Assembly (NCBI GenBank): GCA_964016885.1
Contig: OZ024740.1
Location: 431,396,001-431,460,000 of the forward strand
Source: Eledone cirrhosa
Lineage: Eukaryota
Direction of reading: 5' to 3'
DNA: 64,000 nucleotides
The notes beneath the pieces were generated by a model, which had not been told where the DNA came from, searched no databases, and saw nothing but the letters and a program-made list of their open reading frames with translations. Shown piece after piece: positions 52,201-64,000 of this stretch; the stretch's first letter is position 1, and every line of letters begins with the position of its first letter. Both the position numbers and the translations under genes were made by a program.

Positions 52201-55200
52201 GTTAAAGATATCCCAGGAGTAGGTTGTGATGTTGTACTCTGTTAAAGACATCCCAGAAGTAGGATGTGGTGTTGAACTCTGTTAAAGACACCCCAGAAGT
52301 AGAATGTGGTGTTGAACTCTGTTAAAGACATCCCAGGAGTAGGCTGCGGTGTTGAACTTTGTTAAAGATATCTCAGGAGTAGGTTGTGGTGGTGAACTCT
52401 GTTAAAGACATCCCAGGAGTAGGTTGTGGTATTGAACTCTGTTAAAGACATCCCAGGAGTAGGTTGTGGTGTTGAACTCTGTTAAAGACATCCCAGAAGT
52501 AGGATGTGGTGTTGAACTCTGTTAAAGACACCCCAGAAGTAGGTTGTGGTGTTGAACTCTGTTAAAGACATCCCAGGAGTAGGCTGTGGTGTTGAACTTT
52601 GTTAAAGACATCCCAGGAGTAGGTTATGGTATTGAACTCTGTTAAAGACATCCTAGAAGTAGGTTGTGGTCTTGAACTCTGTTAAAGACATCCTAGAAGT
52701 AGGTTGTGGTCTTGAACTCTGTTAAAGACATCCTAGAAGTAGGTTGTGGTCTTGAACTCCGTTAAAGACATCCCAGAAGTAGGTTGTGGTATTGAACTCT
52801 GTTAAAGACATCCCAGGAGTAGGTTGTGGTGTTGAACTCTGTTAAAGACATCCTAGAAGTAGGTTGTGGTCTTGAACTCTGTTAAAGACATCCTAGAAGT
52901 AGGTTGTGGTCTTGAACTCTGTTAAAGACATCCCAGGAGTAGGTTGTGGTGTTGAACTCTGTTAAAGACATCCTAGAAGTAGGTTGTGGTGTTGAACTCT
53001 GTTAAAGACATCCTAGAAGTAGGTTGTGGTGTTGAACTCTGTTAAAGACATCCCAGGAGTAGGTTGTGGTCTTGAACTCCGTTAAAGACATCCCAGAAGT
53101 AGGTTGTGGTATTGAACTCTGTTAAAGACATCCCAGGAGTAGGTTGTGGTGTTGAACTCTGTTAAAGACATCCTAGAAGTAGGTTGTGGTGTTGAACTCT
53201 GTTAAAGACATCCTAGAAGTAGGTTGTGGTGTTGAACTCCGTTAAAGACATCCCAGAAGTAGGTTGTGGTATTGAACTCTGTTAAAGACATCCCAGGAGT
53301 AGGTTGTGGTGTTGAACTCTGTTAAAGACATCCCAGGAGTAGGTTGTGGTGTTGAACTCTGTTAAAGACTTCCCAGAAGTAGGTTGTTGTATTGAACTCT
53401 GTTAAAGACATCCCAGAAGTAGGTTGTGGTGCTGAACTCTGTTATAGACATCCCAGAAGTAGGTTGTGGTGTTGAACTCTGTTATAGACATCTCAGAAGT
53501 AGGTTGTGGTGTTGAACTCTGTTAAAGACATCCCAGAAGTAGGTTGTGGTATTGAACTCTTATTATAGACATCCTACGAGTAGGTTGTGGTGTTGAACTC
53601 TGTTAAAGACATCGCAGGAGTAGGTTGTGGTGTTGAACTCTGTAAAAGACATCCCAGAAGTAGGTTGTGGTGTTGAACTCTGTTAAAGACATCCCAGAAG
53701 TAGGTTGTGGAGTAGAACTCTGTTAAAGACATCCTAGAAGTAGGTTGTGTTATTGAATTCTGTTAAAGACATCCCAGGAGTAGGTTGTGGTATTGAACTC
53801 TGTAAAAGACATCCAAGGAGTAGCTTGTGGTGTTGAACTCTGTTAAAGACATCCCAGAAGTAGGTTGTGGTATTGAACTCTGTTAAAGACATCCCAGAAG
53901 TAGGTTGTGGTATTGAACTCTGTTAAAGACATCTCAGGAGTAGGTTGTGGTGTTGAACTCTGTTAAAGACATCCCAGGAGTAGGTTGTGGTATTGAACTC
54001 TTTGAACGACATCCCAGGACCAGGTTGTGGTGTTGAACTCTGTTAAAGAGATCCCAGAAGTAGGTTGTGGTGTTGAACTCTGTTAAAGACATCCCAGGAG
54101 TAGGTTGTGGTGTTGAACTTTGTTAAAGAGATCCCAGCAGTAGGTTGTGGTGTTGAACTCTGTTAAAGACATCCCAGAAGTAGGTTGTGGTGTTGAACTC
54201 TGTTAAAGACATCTCAGAAGTAGTTGTGGTATTGAACTCTGTTAAAGACATCCCAGGAGTAGGTTGAGGTGTTGAACTCTGTTAAAGACATCCCAGGAGT
54301 AGGTTGTGGTGTTGAACTCTGTTAAAGACATCCCAGAAGTAGGTTGTGGAGTAGAACTCTGTTAAAGACATCCTAGAAGTAGGTTGTGTTATTGAATTCT
54401 GTTAAAGACATCCCAGGAGTAGGTTGTGGTATTGAACTCTGTAAAAGACATCCAAGGAGTAGCTTGTGGTGTTGAACTCTTTGAACGACATCCCAGGACC
54501 AGGTTGTGGTGTTGAACTCCGTTAAAGAGATCCCAGAAGTAGGTTGTGGTGTTGAACTCTGTTAAAGACATCCCAGGAGTAGGTTGTGGTGTTGAACTTT
54601 GTTAAAGAGATCCCAGCAGTAGGTTGTGGTGTTGAACTCTGTTAAAGAGATCCCAGAAGTAGGTTGTGGTGTTGAACTCTGTTAAAGACATCCCAGAAGT
54701 AGGTTGTGGTATTGAACTCTGTTAAAGACATCCCAGGAGTAGGTTGAGGTGTTGAACTCTGTTAAAGACATCCCAGGAGTAGGTTGTAGTATTGAACTCT
54801 GTTAAAGACATCCCAGGAGTAGGTTGTGGTGTTGAACTCTGTTAAAGACATCCCAGGAGTAGGTTGTGGTGTTGAACTCTGTTAAAGACTTCCAAGAAGT
54901 AGGTTGTTGTATTGAACTCTGTTAAAGACATCCCAGAAGTAGGTTGTGGTGCTGAACCCTGTTATAGACATCCCAGAAGTAGGTTGTGGTGTTGAACTCT
55001 GTTATAGACATCCCAGAAGTAGGTTGTGGTGTTGAACTCTGTTAAAGACATCCCAGAAGTAGGTTGTGGTATTGAACTCTGTTAAAGACATCTCAGGAGT
55101 AGGTTGTGGTGTTGAACTCTGTTAAAGACATTCGAGAGGTAGGTTGTGGTGTTGAACTCTGTTAAAGACATCCTAGAAATAGGTTGTGGTGTTGAACTCT

Positions 55201-58200
55201 GTTAAAGACATCCCAGGAGTAGGTTGTGGTCTTGAACTCCGTTAAAGACATCCCAGAAGTAGGTTGTGGTATTGAACTCTGTTAAAGACATCCAAGGAGT
55301 AGCTTGTGGTGTTGAACTCTGTTAAAGACATCCCAGAAGTAGGTTGTGGTATTGAACTCTGTTAAAGACATCCCAGAAGTAGGTTGTGGTATTGAACTCT
55401 GTTAAAGACATCACAGGAGTAGGTTGTGGTGTTGAACTCTGTTAAAGACATCCCAGGAGTAGGTTGTGGTATTGAACTCTGTGAACGACATCCCAGGACC
55501 AGGTTGTGGTGATGAACTCTGTTAAAGAGATCCCAGAAGTAGGTTGTGGTGTTGAACTCTGTTAAAGACATCCCAGGAGTAGGTTGTGGTGTTGAACCTT
55601 GTTAAAGAGATCCCAGCAGTAGGTTGTGGTGTTGAACTCTGTTAAAGACATCCCAGAAGTAGGTTGTGGTGTTGAACTCTGTTAAAGACATCCCAGAAGT
55701 AGGTTGTGGTATTGAACTCTGTTAAAGACATCCCAGGAGTAGGTTGAGGTGTTGAACTCTGTTAAAGACATCCCAGGAGTAGGTTGTAGTATTGAACTCT
55801 GTTAAAGACATCCCAGGAGTAGGTTGTGGTGTTGAACTCTGTTAAAGACATCCCAGGAATAGGTTGTGGTGTTGAACTCTGTTAAAGACTTCCCAGAAGT
55901 AGGTTGTTGTATTGAACTCTGTTAAAGACATCCCAGAAGTAGGTTGTGGTGCTGAACTCTGTTATAGACATCCCAGAAGTAGGTTGTGGTGTTGAACTCT
56001 GTTATAGACATCTCAGAAGTAGGTTGTGGTGTTGAACTCTGTTAAAGACATCCCAGAAGTAGGTTGTGGTATTGAACTCTTATTATAGACATCCTACGAG
56101 TAGGTTGTGGTGTTGAACTCTGTTAAAGACATCCCAGGAGTAGGTTGTGGTGTTGAACTCTGTTAAAGACATCCCAGGAGTAGGTTGTGGTATTGAACTC
56201 TATTAAAGACATCCTAGAAGTAGGTTGTGTTATTGAACTCTGTTAAAGACATCGCAGGAGTAGGTTGTGGTGTTGAACTCTGTTAAAGACATCCCAGAAG
56301 TAGGTTGTGGAGTAGAACTCTGTTAAAGACATCCTAGAAGTAGGTTGTGTTATTGAATTCTGTTAAAGACATCCCAGGAGTAGGTTGTGGTATTGAACTC
56401 TGTAAAAGACATCCAAGGAGTAGCTTGTGGTGTTGAACTCTGTTAAAGACATCCCAGGAGTAGGTTGTGGTGTTGAACTCTGTTAAAGACATCCTAGAAG
56501 TAGGTTGTGGTGTTGAACTCTGTTAAAGACATCCTAGAAGTAGGTTGTGGTCTTGAACTCTGTTAAAGACATCCTAGAAGTAGGTTGTGGTCTTGAACTC
56601 TGTTAAAGACATCCCAGGAGTAGGTTGTGGTGTTGAACTCTGTTAAAGACATCCTAGAAGTAGGTTGTGGTGTTGAACTCTGTTAAAGACATCCTAGAAG
56701 TAGGTTGTGGTGTTGAACTCTGTTAAAGACATCCCAGGAGTAGGTTGTGGTCTTGAACTCCGTTAAAGACATCCCAGAAGTAGGTTGTGGTATTGAACTC
56801 TGTTAAAGACATCCCAGGAGTAGGTTGTGGTGTTGAACTCTGTTAAAGACATCCTAGAAGTAGGTTGTGGTCTTGAACTCTGTTAAAGACATCCTAGAAG
56901 TAGGTTGTGGTCTTGAACTCTGTTAAAGACATCCCAGGAGTAGGTTGTGGTGTTGAACTCTGTTAAAGACATCCTAGAAGTAGGTTGTGGTGTTGAACTC
57001 TGTTAAAGACATCCTAGAAGTAGGTTGTGGTGTTGAACTCTGTTAAAGACATCCCAGGAGTAGGTTGTGGTCTTGAACTCCGTTAAAGACATCCCAGAAG
57101 TAGGTTGTGGTATTGAACTCTGTTAAAGACATCCCAGGAGTAGGTTGTGGTGTTGAACTCTGTTAAAGACATCCTAGAAGTAGGTTGTGGTGTTGAACTC
57201 TGTTAAAGACATCCTAGAAGTAGGTTGTGGTGTTGAACTCCGTTAAAGACATCCCAGAAGTAGGTTGTGGTATTGAACTCTGTTAAAGACATCCCAGGAG
57301 TAGGTTGTGGTGTTGAACTCTGTTAAAGACATCCCAGGAGTAGGTTGTGGTGTTGAACTCTGTTAAAGACTTCCCAGAAGTAGGTTGTTGTATTGAACTC
57401 TGTTAAAGACATCCCAGAAGTAGGTTGTGGTGCTGAACTCTGTTATAGACATCCCAGAAGTAGGTTGTGGTGTTGAACTCTGTTATAGACATCTCAGAAG
57501 TAGGTTGTGGTGTTGAACTCTGTTAAAGACATCCCAGAAGTAGGTTGTGGTATTGAACTCTTATTATAGACATCCTACGAGTAGGTTGTGGTGTTGAACT
57601 CTGTTAAAGACATCGCAGGAGTAGGTTGTGGTGTTGAACTCTGTAAAAGACATCCCAGAAGTAGGTTGTGGTGTTGAACTCTGTTAAAGACATCCCAGAA
57701 GTAGGTTGTGGAGTAGAACTCTGTTAAAGACATCCTAGAAGTAGGTTGTGTTATTGAATTCTGTTAAAGACATCCCAGGAGTAGGTTGTGGTATTGAACT
57801 CTGTAAAAGACATCCAAGGAGTAGCTTGTGGTGTTGAACTCTGTTAAAGACATCCCAGAAGTAGGTTGTGGTATTGAACTCTGTTAAAGACATCCCAGAA
57901 GTAGGTTGTGGTATTGAACTCTGTTAAAGACATCTCAGGAGTAGGTTGTGGTGTTGAACTCTGTTAAAGACATCCCAGGAGTAGGTTGTGGTATTGAACT
58001 CTTTGAACGACATCCCAGGACCAGGTTGTGGTGTTGAACTCTGTTAAAGAGATCCCAGAAGTAGGTTGTGGTGTTGAACTCTGTTAAAGACATCCCAGGA
58101 GTAGGTTGTGGTGTTGAACTTTGTTAAAGAGATCCCAGCAGTAGGTTGTGGTGTTGAACTCTGTTAAAGACATCCCAGAAGTAGGTTGTGGTGTTGAACT

Positions 58201-61200
58201 CTGTTAAAGACATCTCAGAAGTAGTTGTGGTATTGAACTCTGTTAAAGACATCCCAGGAGTAGGTTGAGGTGTTGAACTCTGTTAAAGACATCCCAGGAG
58301 TAGGTTGTGGTGTTGAACTCTGTTAAAGACATCCCAGAAGTAGGTTGTGGAGTAGAACTCTGTTAAAGACATCCTAGAAGTAGGTTGTGTTATTGAATTC
58401 TGTTAAAGACATCCCAGGAGTAGGTTGTGGTATTGAACTCTGTAAAAGACATCCAAGGAGTAGCTTGTGGTGTTGAACTCTGTTAAAGACATCCCAGAAG
58501 TAGGTTGTGGTATTGAACTCTGTTAAAGACATCCCAGGAGTAGGTTGTGGTATTGAACTCTTTGAACGACATCCCAGGACCAGGTTGTGGTGTTGAACTC
58601 CGTTAAAGAGATCCCAGAAGTAGGTTGTGGTGTTGAACTCTGTTAAAGACATCCCAGGAGTAGGTTGTGGTGTTGAACTTTGTTAAAGAGATCCCAGCAG
58701 TAGGTTGTGGTGTTGAACTCTGTTAAAGAGATCCCAGAAGTAGGTTGTGGTGTTGAACTCTGTTAAAGACATCCCAGAAGTAGGTTGTGGTATTGAACTC
58801 TGTTAAAGACATCCCAGGAGTAGGTTGAGGTGTTGAACTCTGTTAAAGACATCCCAGGAGTAGGTTGTAGTATTGAACTCTGTTAAAGACATCCCAGGAG
58901 TAGGTTGTGGTGTTGAACTCTGTTAAAGACATCCCAGGAGTAGGTTGTGGTGTTGAACTCTGTTAAAGACTTCCAAGAAGTAGGTTGTTGTATTGAACTC
59001 TGTTAAAGACATCCCAGAAGTAGGTTGTGGTGCTGAACCCTGTTATAGACATCCCAGAAGTAGGTTGTGGTGTTGAACTCTGTTATAGACATCCCAGAAG
59101 TAGGTTGTGGTGTTGAACTCTGTTAAAGACATCCCAGAAGTAGGTTGTGGTATTGAACTCTGTTAAAGACATCTCAGGAGTAGGTTGTGGTGTTGAACTC
59201 TGTTAAAGACATTCGAGAGGTAGGTTGTGGTGTTGAACTCTGTTAAAGACATCCTAGAAATAGGTTGTGGTGTTGAACTCTGTTAAAGACATCCCAGGAG
59301 TAGGTTGTGGTCTTGAACTCCGTTAAAGACATCCCAGAAGTAGGTTGTGGTATTGAACTCTGTTAAAGACATCCAAGGAGTAGCTTGTGGTGTTGAACTC
59401 TGTTAAAGACATCCCAGAAGTAGGTTGTGGTATTGAACTCTGTTAAAGACATCCCAGAAGTAGGTTGTGGTATTGAACTCTGTTAAAGACATCACAGGAG
59501 TAGGTTGTGGTGTTGAACTCTGTTAAAGACATCCCAGGAGTAGGTTGTGGTATTGAACTCTGTGAACGACATCCCAGGACCAGGTTGTGGTGATGAACTC
59601 TGTTAAAGAGATCCCAGAAGTAGGTTGTGGTGTTGAACTCTGTTAAAGACATCCCAGGAGTAGGTTGTGGTGTTGAACCTTGTTAAAGAGATCCCAGCAG
59701 TAGGTTGTGGTGTTGAACTCTGTTAAAGACATCCCAGAAGTAGGTTGTGGTGTTGAACTCTGTTAAAGACATCCCAGAAGTAGGTTGTGGTATTGAACTC
59801 TGTTAAAGACATCCCAGGAGTAGGTTGAGGTGTTGAACTCTGTTAAAGACATCCCAGGAGTAGGTTGTAGTATTGAACTCTGTTAAAGACATCCCAGGAG
59901 TAGGTTGTGGTGTTGAACTCTGTTAAAGACATCCCAGGAATAGGTTGTGGTGTTGAACTCTGTTAAAGACTTCCCAGAAGTAGGTTGTTGTATTGAACTC
60001 TGTTAAAGACATCCCAGAAGTAGGTTGTGGTGCTGAACTCTGTTATAGACATCCCAGAAGTAGGTTGTGGTGTTGAACTCTGTTATAGACATCTCAGAAG
60101 TAGGTTGTGGTGTTGAACTCTGTTAAAGACATCCCAGAAGTAGGTTGTGGTATTGAACTCTTATTATAGACATCCTACGAGTAGGTTGTGGTGTTGAACT
60201 CTGTTAAAGACATCCCAGGAGTAGGTTGTGGTGTTGAACTCTGTTAAAGACATCCCAGGAGTAGGTTGTGGTATTGAACTCTATTAAAGACATCCTAGAA
60301 GTAGGTTGTGTTATTGAACTCTGTTAAAGACATCGCAGGAGTAGGTTGTGGTGTTGAACTCTGTTAAAGACATCCCAGAAGTAGGTTGTGGAGTAGAACT
60401 CTGTTAAAGACATCCTAGAAGTAGGTTGTGTTATTGAATTCTGTAAAAGACATCCCAGGAGTAGGTTGTGGTATTGAACTCTGTAAAAGACATCCAAGGA
60501 GTAGCTTGTGGTGTTGAACTCTGTTAAAGACATCCCAGAAGTAGGTTGTGGTATTGAACTCTGTTAAAGACATCCCAGAAGTAGGTTGTGGTATTGAACT
60601 CTGTTAAAGACATCTCAGGAGTAGGTTGTGGTGTTGAACTCTGTTAAAGACATCCCAGGAGTAGGTTGTGGTATTGAACTCTTTGAACGACATCCCAGGA
60701 CCAGGTTGTGGTGTTGAACTCTGTTAAAGAGATCCCAGAAGTAGGTTGTGGTGTTGAACTCTGTTAAAGACATCCCAGGAGTAGGTTGTGGTGTTGAACT
60801 TTGTTAAAGAGATCCCAGCAGTAGGTTGTGGTGTTGAACTCTGTTAAAGACATCCCAGAAGTAGGTTGTGGTGTTGAACTCTGTTAAAGACATCTCAGAA
60901 GTAGTTGTGGTATTGAACTCTGTTAAAGACATCCCAGGAGTAGGTTGAGGTGTTGAACTCTGTTAAAGACATCCCAGGAGTAGGTTGTGGTGTTGAACTC
61001 TGTTAAAGACATCCCAGAAGTAGGTTGTGGAGTAGAACTCTGTTAAAGACATCCTAGAAGTAGGTTGTGTTATTGAATTCTGTTAAAGACATCCCAGGAG
61101 TAGGTTGTGGTATTGAACTCTGTAAAAGACATCCAAGGAGTTGCTTGTGGTGTTGAACTCTGTTAAAGACATCCCAGAAGTAGGTTGTGGTATTGAACTC

Positions 61201-64000
61201 TGTTAAAGTCATCCCAGGAGTAGGTTGTGGTATTGAACTCTTTGAACGACATCCCAGGACCAGGTTGTGGTGTTGAACTCTGTTAAAGAGATCCCAGAAG
61301 TAGGTTGTGGTGTTGAACTCTGTTAAAGACATCCCAGGAGTAGGTTGTGGTGTTGAACTTTGTTAAAGACATCTCAGGAGTAGGTTGTGGTGTTGAACTC
61401 TGTTAAAGACATCCCAGGAGTAGGTTGTGGTATTGAACTCTTTGAACGACATCCCAGGACCAGGTTGTGGTGTTGAACTCTGTTAAAGAGATCCCAGAAG
61501 TAGGTTGTGGTGTTGAACTCTGTTAAAGACATCCCAGGAGTAGGTTGTGGTGTTGAACTTTGTTAAAGAGATCCCAGCAGTAGGTTGTGGTGTTGAACTC
61601 TGTTAAAGACATCCCAGAAGTAGGTTGTGGTGTTGAACTCTGTTAAAGACATCTCAGAAGTAGTTGTGGTATTGAACTCTGTTAAAGACATCCCAGGAGT
61701 AGGTTGAGGTGTTGAACTCTGTTAAAGACATCCCAGGAGTAGGTTGTGGTGTTGAACTCTGTTAAAGACATCCCAGAAGTAGGTTGTGGAGTAGAACTCT
61801 GTTAAAGACATCCTAGAAGTAGGTTGTGTTATTGAATTCTGTTAAAGACATCCCAGGAGTAGGTTGTGGTATTGAACTCTGTAAAAGACATCCAAGGAGT
61901 AGCTTGTGGTGTTGAACTCTGTTAAAGACATCCCAGAAGTAGGTTGTGGTATTGAACTCTGTTAAAGACATCCCAGGAGTAGGTTGTGGTATTGAACTCT
62001 TTGAACGACATCCCAGGACCAGGTTGTGGTGTTGAACTCCGTTAAAGAGATCCCAGAAGTAGGTTGTGGTGTTGAACTCTGTTAAAGACATCCCAGGAGT
62101 AGGTTGTGGTGTTGAACTTTGTTAAAGAGATCCCAGCAGTAGGTTGTGGTGTTGAACTCTGTTAAAGAGATCCCAGAAGTAGGTTGTGGTGTTGAACTCT
62201 GTTAAAGACATCCCAGAAGTAGGTTGTGGTATTGAACTCTGTTAAAGACATCCCAGGAGTAGGTTGAGGTGTTGAACTCTGTTAAAGACATCCCAGGAGT
62301 AGGTTGTAGTATTGAACTCTGTTAAAGACATCCCAGGAGTAGGTTGTGGTGTTGAACTCTGTTAAAGACATCCCAGGAGTAGGTTGTGGTGTTGAACTCT
62401 GTTAAAGACTTCCAAGAAGTAGGTTGTTGTATTGAACTCTGTTAAAGACATCCCAGAAGTAGGTTGTGGTGCTGAACTCTGTTATAGACATCCCAGAAGT
62501 AGGTTGTGGTGTTGAACTCTGTTATAGACATCCCAGAAGTAGGTTGTGGTGTTGAACTCTGTTAAAGACATCCCAGAAGTAGGTTGTGGTATTGAACTCT
62601 GTTAAAGACATCTCAGGAGTAGGTTGTGGTGTTGAACTCTGTTAAAGACATTCGAGAGGTAGGTTGTGGTGTTGAACTCTGTTAAAGACATCCTAGAAGT
62701 AGGTTGTGGTGTTGAACTCTGTTAAAGACATCCCAGGAGTAGGTTGTGGTCTTGAACTCCGTTAAAGACATCCCAGAAGTAGGTTGTGGTATTGAACTCT
62801 GTTAAAGACATCCAAGGAGTAGCTTGTGGTGTTGAACTCTGTTAAAGACATCCCAGAAGTAGGTTGTGGTATTGAACTCTGTTAAAGACATCCCAGAAGT
62901 AGGTTGTGGTATTGAACTCTGTTAAAGACATCACAGGAGTAGGTTGTGGTGTTGAACTCTGTTAAAGACATCCCAGGAGTAGGTTGTGGTATTGAACTCT
63001 GTGAACGACATCCCAGGACCAGGTTGTGGTGATGAACTCTGTTAAAGAGATCCCAGAAGTAGGTTGTGGTGTTGAACTCTGTTAAAGACATCCCAGGAGT
63101 AGGTTGTGGTGTTGAACCTTGTTAAAGAGATCCCAGCAGTAGGTTGTGGTGTTGAACTCTGTTAAAGACATCCCAGAAGTAGGTTGTGGTGTTGAACTCT
63201 GTTAAAGACATCCCAGAAGTAGGTTGTGGTATTGAACTCTGTTAAAGACATCCCAGGAGTAGGTTGAGGTGTTGAACTCTGTTAAAGACATCCCAGGAGT
63301 AGGTTGTAGTATTGAACTCTGTTAAAGACATCCCAGGAGTAGGTAGTGGTGTTGAACTCTGTTAAAGACATCCCAGGAATAGGTTGTGGTGTTGAACTCT
63401 GTTAAAGACTTCCCAGAAGTAGGTTGTTGTATTGAACTCTGTTAAAGACATCCCAGAAGTAGGTTGTGGTGCTGAACTCTGTTATAGACATCCCAGAAGT
63501 AGGTTGTGGTGTTGAACTCTGTTATAGACATCTCAGAAGTAGGTTGTGGTGTTGAACTCTGTTAAAGACATCCCAGAAGTAGGTTGTGGTATTGAACTCT
63601 TATTATAGACATCCTACGAGTAGGTTGTGGTGTTGAACTCTGTTAAAGACATCCCAGGAGTAGGTTGTGGTGTTGAACTCTGTTAAAGACATCCCAGGAG
63701 TAGGTTGTGGTATTGAACTCTATTAAAGACATCCTAGAAGTAGGTTGTGTTATTGAACTCTGTTAAAGACATCGCAGGAGTAGGTTGTGGTATTGAACTC
63801 TGTTAAAGACATCCCATTAGTAGGTTGTGGTGTTGAACTCTGTAAAAGACATCCCAGAAGTAGGTTGTGGTGTTGAACTCTGTTAAAGACATCCCAGAAG
63901 TAGGTTGTGGAGTAGAACTCTGTTAAAGACATCCTAGAAGTAGGTTGTGTTATTGAATTCTGTTAAAGACATCCCAGGAGTAGGTTGTGGTATTGAACTC
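16200..64000 (+). repeat. Large 40-bp satellite array AGTAGGTTGTGGT(G/A)TTGAACTCTGTTAAAGACATCCCAG(A/G), ~1,195 units, extends beyond the window
   Basis: Uninterrupted head-to-tail units in one orientation, with occasional 39- and 41-bp variants. No insertions or inversions were seen by eye. Confidence 0.99.

Noticed and set aside
16908-63932. Many 60-122 aa MSLTEFNTTT ORFs
   Set aside because: They arise by chance loss of the TAA in variant monomers and are useful only as duplication markers.
16200-64000. CRISPR-like array of ~40-bp repeats
   Set aside because: Units are head-to-tail with no unique spacers, there are no cas genes, and the context is eukaryotic retroelements.

Overview
Eukaryotic, repeat-dominated window with no recognisable host protein-coding gene. 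The SINE and RTE types suggest a mollusc, probably a cephalopod (Octopus-like); this is inference. Positions 1-10 kb hold a cluster of non-LTR retrotransposons: a decayed CR1-group LINE (minus, runs off the left edge), RTE 3' fragments, a tRNA/CORE-like SINE that shares its 3' tail with the RTE, and a near full-length but disabled Tx1/L1-type element (4149-9502, minus). The Tx1 element sits inside a (GACA)n composite minisatellite and has no poly(A) tail. Three tandem arrays follow: 23 bp (~10.6-12.1 kb), 48 bp (~12.4-15.5 kb, related to an internal sub-repeat of the SINE) and a very large 40-bp satellite (16.2 kb to the window end, ~1,195 units). The 40-bp array shows kb-scale block duplications, spatially layered variants and a Pol III B-box-like motif in most units. 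All long ORFs beyond 9.4 kb are translated tandem repeats. The best leads are a possible (GACA/TGTC)n-targeting Tx1 family and SINE-derived satellite birth.
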